From the NCBI RefSeq assembly GCF_009914755.1, contig NC_060930.1: a stretch of 64,000 nucleotides of DNA. One strand, given 5' to 3'. Below the pieces are notes generated by a model. That model was not told the DNA's origin and made no database searches. It was given only the letters and a program-made list of their open reading frames with translations. The DNA comes from the human T2T-CHM13v2.0 reference genome, Homo sapiens. The position numbers were made by a program, and so were the translations under genes. How positions within the stretch are numbered: the first letter of the stretch is position 1; each line of letters opens with the position of its first letter. Shown here piece after piece: positions 53,777 to 64,000 of this stretch.

Positions 53777-55501
53777 GAAAAGGGAAATGTATAGAGACTG
53801 AATCTGCAGCCTCAGTACCTGTGGCAGGTGAACTAATTGCTCAGATGATCTGTGCTTTGTAAAGGGCATTTGACCATTGATGCTACTAGAGTTTTGCTGG
53901 GTTCTACAGCAGACCATGTAAAGCTATAGTCATTCCTAAATAGTTTATGTGCATCTTCGTATGCCAAATCTTAAGAGAATCTTATTTACCTGTCAGGTTA
54001 TTGGCCATTATTTAGTGATCTTTGAAGACAGAGATGAAAATATCTCTGAAAATAGGCTTTGCAGTAAGTAATCTATTTTAAAATCATGTACTCCAAAGAC
54101 CTCAAGTGCAGGGATAGATAATGTAACCACAGATATTCTAAAGTATTTTCTATTTTATTTTGTCAGTTTACAGTTACCAGTAATGTTATATGTAAGTAAA
54201 AATATGATGCCCTATTTTCTTTGCTGCCAAGTCTGAACTACAATTTAGACTGACAAATGGGCAAAGGTTTTTCAAGAAGCACATGGCTGATATCTGTGTA
54301 TTGGAATATGATAATCCCATATTGTTTTTAAATCCATGGAGGTGCTAGTCAAAGGTGCCTCTGTGAGTTTTGTAATGAAAGCCTGGGAGTCGTAGGCGTT
54401 ATTATTCAGTTCATTTATGAACAAATGTGGGCTAGCAAACTGCAGATTCTAGAGAAGGTATTAATGAATCATCCCCAGATGATCTACTGACGACCCGTAG
54501 GACTGCAAAATGAATCATATGACCTATTTTTTTAATTAAAAAACACATTTTAAATGAATTATTTATGAACAAGTACAGCTGTAACCTTGATAATATTAAA
54601 CTGTTCTGGGCTGTTGAAAGGTATCTCATAGCAGTGACTATTCATAGTCAAACATGCAGAATGTATTAATGTAGTCAGTGAAAAATACAAAGTGGTCTCT
54701 GAAGAGATAGAGATAAATGAGCCCATCAATTCATATTGCCTTCTTGCTACAGCCAGTCACCAAAGATTTGTGCTGAAATATTTTATTTGGAGTTATTTGT
54801 AGTCTACAGATAGCTATGATTCTGTCCTTCAAGTTTTATAAAGTGATTATTTTACACACTATAAGTAATCAATGAGAAGAGTATTTACTATGTATCATAT
54901 TTTCCTTAGAGAGAGAATTAATGAACATGGCATTTTATTTAAATTCATTTTAGTTATCTCTCATATCTGAGACACATTGAAAATTACTTGGATATTGGGA
55001 AGGCAGAGGAAATATTTTCCAAGCACTATTCAAAGAAGCCACATTATTTTTTCAGACATAAGTGCTCATAATACTGAGTTGTGGTTTAGTCAGGAACTAA
55101 GGCTACTTCAACATCAAGATAATTTTTCTAAATCTATTTTCCATTGTCTGCCTATAAATTATTTTATTTTTAAAGCTATACATTGAAGATATTAGAAAAT
55201 CATTGTCTAAGTTTTAAAAGATTTGTAATCAAGGGTGATGTTTTATGTAGGGGAAGTGAAAAAGATTTCAGAGTGGAAAAAAAACTAGAGAAGAGAAAAA
55301 CAAGAATGGGAATAATAAGATAAAATTGACAGACCTCAGAATGCTTTCCTCAGTTTCTCCTTGTAGTCAGAATTCATAAATCTTGGAAGCTAAAAAGGGA
55401 TAATATAAAGCACAATGTAGAAAATGTAATTACAATCTGATACATACTGACTTTCAATATACAAATACGTGCAATAATAATAGAAATTAGTAATTAATTA
55501 A

Positions 55502-57831
55502 TAGGCAAATGCCAGCAATATTTTGGGTTCAGGTGCGATCCACAGAAATGAAGCAAATATCACAATAATGCAAGTCAGATTAATTTCTTGGTTTCTTAAT
55601 GCATATAAGACATATTTGCACTGTATTGTATTCTATTTAGTGTTTAATAACACTATGTCTATTGAAACAACATGCATACCTTCATTAAAAACACTTTATT
55701 GCTAACAAATGCTACTGCTCATCTGAGCCTTCAGCCAGTCGTTAATTGTTCTGCTGGTGGAGGGTCTTGCCTCAACCTTGATGGCTGCTGACTGCTCAGA
55801 GTGGTGGTTCCAGAAGGCTAAGGTGGCTGCAGCAATGTCTTAAAATAAGACAACAATGAAGTTTGCCACATTGACTGAGTGCTCTTTCATGAATATTGGA
55901 GTCAATTCTCTGAGACTCTGCCACTTCTTTATCAACTAAGTTTATGTAACACTCTTAATACTTTGTTGTCATTTCAACAATGTTCATAGCATTTTCGCCA
56001 GGAATAGATTCCATCTGAAGAAACTACTTTCATTGCTCATCCATAAAAAGCAACTCCTCATTGTTAAAGTTCGATCATCCCCAGTCACATTTTCAGGTTC
56101 CTCTTCTAATTCTAGTTCTTTTGCTATTTCTACCACATCTGCAGTTGCTTTCTCCACTGAAGGCTTGAATCTCTCGAAGTCATCCACACAGATTGTAATC
56201 GACTTCTTCCAAACTTGTTAGTGGTGATATTTTGACCTCCTTCCACGAATCACGAATGCTCTTAATGGCATCTAGAGTGGTGAATCCTTCTCAGAAATTT
56301 TTCAATTTACTTTGCCCTGATTAATCACAAGAATCATTATCTATGGCAGCTATAGTCTTAGAAAATGTATTTCTTAAATAAAATAGGATTTAAAAATTAG
56401 AATTACTCTTTGTTGCATGGGCTGCAGAGTGGATGTTATGTTAGCAGGCATGTAAACAATATTAATTTTTTTTGTATATCTGCTTAGGAGCTCTTGGGTG
56501 ACCAAAGCATTGTCAATGAGCAGCGATATTTGAAAGAAATCTTTGTTTCCTGCATAGTAACAATCAACAGTGGGCTTAAAATATTCAGTAAACCATGCTC
56601 TAAACAGATGTGCTGTCATGCAGGCATTGTTGTTCCATTTATAAAACCTAGGCAGAGTAGATTTGACATAATTCTTAACAACATTAAGTTTTTTGGAATG
56701 GTAAATGACCATTGGGTTAAACTTCAAGTCACCAGCTGCATTAGCCACTAACAAGAGAGTCAGCCAGTCCTTTGAAACTCTGAAACCAGACATTGACATC
56801 TCCTCTCCAGCTATGAAAGTCCTAGATGATACCTTCATTTAATACAAGGCTGTTTCATCTACATGGAAAATCTGTTGTTTTGTGTAGCCACCTTCATTGA
56901 TTACCTTAGCTGGATATTCTATTCCAGATAACTTGCTGGAGCTTCTACATCAGCACTTGCTGCTTCACCTTGCACTTTTATGTTATGGAGATGGCTTCTT
57001 TCCTTAAACACCTTGAGTCAACCTCCACTAGCCTCTAACTTTTTTTCTGCAGCTTCCTGACCTCTCTTGGCCGTCACAGTATTCAAGAGAGCTAGAGCCT
57101 TGCTCTGGATTAAGCAATGGCTTAAGGGAATGTTGTGTCTGGTCTGATTTTTCTATCCAGACCACTAAAACTTTCCTCTTATCAACAATAAGGCTGCTTC
57201 ACTTTCTTATCATTTGTGTGTTCATGGAAGTAGCATTTTTAATTTCCTATAAGAACGTTTCCTTTGCATTTGCAACTTGGCCATTGGTTCAAGAGACTTT
57301 TGGCCTATCTGAGCTTTTGATATGCCTTCCTCACTGAGTATGATCATTTCCAGCTTTTGATTTAAAGTGAGATATGTGGGACTGTTCTTTTCACTTGAAT
57401 GCTTAGAAGCCATTGTGGGATCATTAATTGGCCTAATTTCAGTATTGTGTGTCTCAGGGAATATTAAGGCCATGGGGCGGGAGAAAAATGGGGGAACGGC
57501 CATTCTGAGGAGGAGTTAGAACACACATAACATTTATTAATGACATTCACCACCTTAAATGGGTGTGGTTCATGGCACCCCGAGACAATTATAGTAACAT
57601 CAAAGGTCACTGATTACAGATCTCCATAACAGATATAAAAATAATAAAAACATTTGAAATATTGCAATAAGTATAAAAATGTAACACAGAGACACAGTGG
57701 GCACATGCGGCTGGGAAAATGGTGCCAATAGATTTTCTCAACACAGGGCTGGCCAAAAAAACCTTCAATCTGTAAAACAAGCGTATCTGTGAAGCACAAT
57801 AAAGTGAAGCACAATAAAACAAATTGTCCTG
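55502..57831 (-). mobile_element. Tigger1 (TcMar-Tigger/pogo) DNA transposon, near full length
   Basis: Both ends recognisable (reverse strand cagg...gttttattgtgcttcactttattgtgcttcacagata, with TA at 57832). About 2.3 kb. Confidence 0.93.
55984..57400 (-). pseudogene. Disrupted Tigger1 transposase
   Basis: Fragments LTLNQKLEMIILSEEGISKAQIG (HTH), SRTFIA..LTLLLVANAAGDLK..LLIDNA..PANITSTLQPM (DDE) and DVVEIAKELELE lie in different frames. Confidence 0.88.
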
Positions 57832-57873
57832 TATTAACTGAACATATACTATACCATTACACAGAACAAGGTG

Positions 57874-57913
<40 letters not shown>
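57874..57913. repeat. Compound (CT)n(AT)n microsatellite
   Basis: About 9 CT units followed by about 11 AT units. Confidence 0.95.
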
Positions 57914-57929
57914 TCTGTATAATTATTTA

Positions 57930-58115
57930 TAACACATATACAGGGTGGCATTATTATCTCACTTTACACACAAGTGTAAGCTAGGCCTCTGAGAAGTTAT
58001 GTAAGAATAACAAAGTTCTAGACTAGTGCTAATTAAAAGCAGGGCTGAGATTAAAATTCAGGTTTATCTATGTGACTCCAGAGGCAATCCATTCCCACTG
58101 CACTGCACTGCTTCT
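57930..58115 (-). mobile_element. MIR remnant
   Basis: attattatctcactttacac...ctctgagaagttatgtaa...gcagggctgagattaaaattcaggt...tgactccaga. Confidence 0.7.
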
Positions 58116-59290
58116 CATTAAGATTTTGAAGCAAAGATGCTACATGGGGGAACTTGTATCTATCACAGAAAAATAATATTTACACTTCTATGAACAAATT
58201 TATCGTTTATTAAAATAGCATATGTGCAGAAGTAGTTGGAGGATGACAGGCATATGTAGACTTACGCTTCTTCAGTGTTAAATTTATGGCTGAAAAGACA
58301 GGGAAGTTTCTTCCAGCTGCTTTTTAAATTTTAATTTTCTGGTGATATCTAACACATTGCTGTAAATCTTAATTTGCACAGAACATGATCACATATATTT
58401 GGCATGATAAAGTCTTAAGAAAATTGTCCTTTTAGGACTCCAAATCAAGCAGCAAGATTTTTCAGGCAATATGTTTAAATTTGTCAAAGCTTTAAACGAT
58501 ATTAAATTTTAAATATCATATGAATTATCTTAATTTGAGTTTGCTAGTAATATTAATTTGACCCATGTATTATTATAACTAGTACAGGTAGAAAATGGTT
58601 AAAAAATACCAGCAATTTCATATAGTTCAACCATGTAGTATTTTATATAATTTGTAGCTGTTTATAGGTATACTCTATATCAGTTATAATAATTAAAATA
58701 ATTTTCAGTTGTATAGTTTTTTACACAGTTGTACCAAAATCCCACATATTTGGAAACATTTAGAGTGACAAAAAATTCAGCCACTATTATTAGTTATCTT
58801 ACATCATATAGATCATTACATATCAAAAGTTTTTTTAAAAAAATTGTTTGTGTCTTTGAAGACTCTAAAATAGTAGTAGATAGTTGAGATAGCAACATTC
58901 TCTTTATTTTTTCTCTGTTTCTTCTTCCTAATTAAAAAAGACCAAGATTTAAAGAACTGTTTCAAAACACAATGGATGTAACAAACCAATTCCCTTAGAA
59001 AACTCTCTATTTATGATATGGTCACAACTATTGATCTTTCAATAAGAAATGTTTATTTTAATTTAGTTTTTTGCAATAATTACATTTATAGAGACAAAAT
59101 ATAAGGATAGATCTCTGGCTAATGAACTATATGAATATCACAGTAATCATTCTGGATAGGTTTATTGTTCAATTGCAATTATTTTTCATACCAAGTCCTT
59201 AAATACTGTGTATATATAGGTTAATGCTGTTCTATTGGTGTAGATTATTTTTGTGTCTTAAGTACATGAAAATGCACCCAAAAGGCAGGA

Positions 59291-59625
<335 letters not shown>

Positions 59626-60025
59626 AATCAAGCATCTTTTAAAGGCTATAAGAAGATAACACATAATCACATGAGTACATTAAAGTCTGATTACATGAGA
59701 GCAAAGTATTAATGAAAACCTCCCCAGGTTTGCTGTCCTGCTAAATACTTTTTAATTCTTTTATTCCCTTCCACTTTGTTCTTCCTCCTCCTCCTCCTTC
59801 CTTTTCATCTTATTTTCTTTCTTCATCATTTTGGTCTCTTATTTCCTCATTTAAAAAAATATTTCTGCTTTTGTCAAGTAACACATCACCTTTAATAGTT
59901 GCTAAAATAACCAAAAATTCACTTTTCAGCAAGAGATGGAATCTATTTCTTTAGTCCTTGAAATTGTGTTGGCCATATGAGTTTCTTTGGCTAATTGAAC
60001 ATTAACAAATGTGACCCAAATTGAT

Positions 60026-60228
60026 CAGGATTTCTCTGTTGACATTTTGGACTGGATAATTCTGTGTTGAAGAGTATTGTCCTATTCACTGTAGAATATT
60101 TATCATCCTGCCTTCTACCAACTAGATGCCATTAGCAAGCCTCTCATTGTGCCAATTAAAAATGTTTCTCCAGACATTGTCAAATATCCCTTGTGAGTTG
60201 GAAGAATTGCCCCAGTTTTAGAATTCTG
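60026..60228 (-). mobile_element. MER20 hAT-Charlie DNA transposon
   Basis: ttgacattttggactggataattct...actagatgcca...aaaaatgtttctccagacattgtcaaat. Confidence 0.85.
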
Positions 60229-60249
60229 ATGTAGTGTCTTGAGCTTTCA

Positions 60250-60678
<429 letters not shown>

Positions 60679-60919
60679 TTAGACATGTGAATGAGGTGTT
60701 TTCAGACGGTTCACATGAGTATGCTCCATAAAGATCATCTGAGCCTATTCAGACCAAAAGAACCACTCAGCTGAGTGACAGAATCATGAGCTACACAAAT
60801 AGTTGTTAAGGTATTATGCAAGAAATCTGCATCTGCAGTTATTTTTGTTTAGACTTGAAATGTGTTTGCTTTTTTTTTCCTAATGAACACTAATCGCTGA
60901 AGAAAATAGAATTAGACAG

Positions 60920-61085
60920 ATGGTATAGTAATTACAAACATGGAGTCTTCCACACAGATTTTCTGAGTTCAAATCCTGATTATTCTGCTTCCTATATGCA
61001 TGAACTGAAGTCTATTACTTAAACTTGATTTGTTCAGCTTCTGCATCTGTAAAATGGGGTAAATAAAAGTGCTTAGAACATACTA
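60920..61085 (+). mobile_element. MIR remnant
   Basis: ctgagttcaaatcctg...cagcttctgcatctgtaaaatgggg. Confidence 0.7.
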
Positions 61086-61239
61086 AGGATTTTCTTAAAC
61101 AGGTTCAGTCTAAATTTTCTGGGTGCATCTTTCTTTATTTCCAATACCAATCACAAATTTGGAAGCTCCGATATACATGTATCTTCTTCTCTATAGACCA
61201 TTGCTTTATAGTGTCCTCTTTAAGAATACATGTGACTTT

Positions 61240-61567
<328 letters not shown>

Positions 61568-63269
61568 AAGAATACATTTGACTTTTTGAGTCCACACAGA
61601 TTATACAGTTGCAGTGAAAAATCTCCTTTATAAATGAAAAGGATATTTATAAATCTCAAACTATTAAGAAAACCTTAGAGTGTCCAGTTCAAATTTAATA
61701 AAAAAGCTTCCTAGGAGTCTGGATTGGATCCCTATCTCTGCATTAGTCCAAACACTCCCAGGGTAATAAAATTGATTCCAGATGTCATTGCCCTGATGGT
61801 ACTGATTCTACCATCACTGGACTCTGAAGGAAACATGCTTCCGAAGTAAGGGAACTCTAAAGTGCCTATATTCATAACGTAAGAAGTTAGGATCAGGGAT
61901 TAGCTCAGTCTTGCAACTGGTTCACATTTTGTCTTAGCCTTCTGGTACTTCAATTGTACCCTGACAACTCCATTCGCTGACACTGAATTACCATTTATCT
62001 GCTGAAATTTCTGACTTTAATCACTCATCTGGATCCTTTCTTCCTGATAGTAGACTCCCTAAATCTGTTTCTTACAAGGCCATCTCCCCGGTACCAATTC
62101 CCTGACTTTTGTCCTTTCTTCCTATTACCTGCTGCCAATCTCTTCTGGTGCCCTGTTTATCTCCTGGAAGCTCTCTTTATGAATACCTCTCGGTCTTGTT
62201 GTCTCTTCTGGGACATTTTTCTGAAATTCTCTTTTTCTGCTGCCAGAACTTGTCAATTCAGCCAGGTGCAGTTCTGTTCATTTCCACAAACACTGGAGTA
62301 TCTATTACATTATCTCTATTCTCCACCACAACACTTCAAACAACTCTTAAAAAATGATTGATTAGTTGTGGAAACCCAAACTGAAAAATGCTAGGTAGTT
62401 TCTAAAGTCATACAAAAGTAACTGTTGAAATTGCTTTAAATTCAGAAGGTGCTAGTGACTCTAAACCAACACTCTTCTTGTTCTGCTTTTCTCATATCTT
62501 ATTCACTCCTATTCTTGTTTATGTATCAATACATAACCCTTCATACTGATAGATTGAGCCAAATTAAGTGAACACTATTTATTTTGTTATTATTTGTATT
62601 ATTTCATAGGCAAATATTATTTGTTGTTGCTCAACAAATGTTGAGCAACAAAATAATGAAATCAAAATTATGTTTTAGAAATATGAATTCAGGGTAGATT
62701 GAAGGAGACAAAGAGGCTGAGGGTAATAGGATATTATAACAGTCCACGTCTGAGTTAATAAGCTCATGACACAAAGCGGTAAACCATTAGGAAGTCAAAG
62801 AACAAAATCGCTAACATTGAAAGCTGGTGCCCTCTGGCATGAATGAGAAGATAAAGAATGCCAATAGTAATTACAGATTATCCCCAAAGAATTCCCCCCA
62901 AATTATTATATTTTTGAAACTCATTAAAATATGCTGAGTTTTAGGGTTTTTAAAATTTAATATATAATGTAATAAAACAACCTTTCGAATTACTTCAGAT
63001 GCTGGGAATAAATCTTTGGTAAAGGCATTAGGAGTTCAACATACTGCTGAATAATTGAAGATTCCAGGTAAGCATTTATCTTATGCTTATCTTATCTTAT
63101 TTTCTTATGGCCTGCAGAACATACTCTGTGGATGTATAACTAGTTTAGTATGAGACCCTAAGGTTGGTGAATCACTGCCACATATGTTCATTTTATTTAT
63201 TTATTTTTTTTGCACAAATGGTTCCTGTAATTTTGGACGTCCTTGACCTTTTTTTCCCGTCAGCTACCT

Positions 63270-63530
63270 TATTTTATGCAAAACCTAGCTCTAATGCTAG
63301 TGTATCTATGAAACCTTCCCTGACGATCCCCCCAAATAAATCCTTCCATTGTGATTTCATTGTTTGAGGAAACATTGGTTTATAGTTCCATTATTGTTCT
63401 TGACTTTTTATGTTTTTATGTGTCTTCCCAGGAGATTTAGTAATCTTTAAAGACATGACAATGCTTTAGCCATCTCTATTTTTCTCTTTGTTATGACTTA
63501 TAAGACTGGGTCAACAATAGGTCAGGGTAA
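63270..63530 (+). mobile_element. L2 3' remnant
   Basis: ctagctctaatg...ctatgaaaccttccctgac...tgtgtcttccca...atctttaaagacatgac. Confidence 0.5.
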
Positions 63531-64000
63531 GAAGTAGAAGAAAAATGAAAGTGAAAGAATAAACTAACTTTTTTTATTCTCTTGCATTATAAGTATTTTT
63601 ATAAGTAACACCTGATTTGTGGCCAGATTTTCTTCTTTAATATTTTGTGTAGCAAAACTCATTTTGTATTTGAGTACCTTTATGTATTATGGGTTTCCAA
63701 GAATCTCCAAACTCCTTGTCCCTTTCGTTGTCTGGATTTACTAATTCATGTGACCAATTGGTTTGTGTGGGCATTTGAGCTAACGACTTTGCTTTACATA
63801 CATGCTATGATTTCATACACAATACAGTCCTTAGAAACCTGCTTTATTATTCTAGTTTTAAAACTGAAGAAACAGAGACTTCCAGAAACAATGTAATTTT
63901 TCCAGAATCATTTTATTTATATATGTAGTAGAGTTCAATTTCTAAAAATAAAATCATGAATTTCAGGAAGTTGTAACAAAAAAGATTAACTTGGAAAATG

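Overview
AT-rich primate genomic DNA, human or great ape, judging by an AluYa5-lineage copy, an L1PA2 and an LTR12C. It looks intergenic or deep-intronic. I find no supportable protein-coding exon, RNA gene or CRISPR array, and every ORF with recognisable protein similarity is a transposon remnant (L1 ORF2, THE1/MaLR internal ORF, Tigger1 transposase, Alu). The window holds 9 Alus, 4 primate L1PA insertions, older L1M/HAL1/L2/L3/MIR debris, a full-length THE1C-like and a deleted THE1D-like MaLR, several solo LTRs, a near-full-length Tigger1, MER20 and MER58. I see no previously undescribed biological system. The most notable observations are: (1) all four L1PA copies carry 5' inversions (twin priming); (2) several short inverted duplications look like replication template-switch scars, two of them marked as old by opposite-direction CpG decay; (3) a very young AluYa4/Ya5-type insertion; (4) LTR promoters retaining DUX4 or NF-Y motifs; (5) a repeat-free block with a perfect TATA box near 45.2 kb. 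Subfamily names come from remembered consensus sequences and need RepeatMasker/Dfam confirmation.
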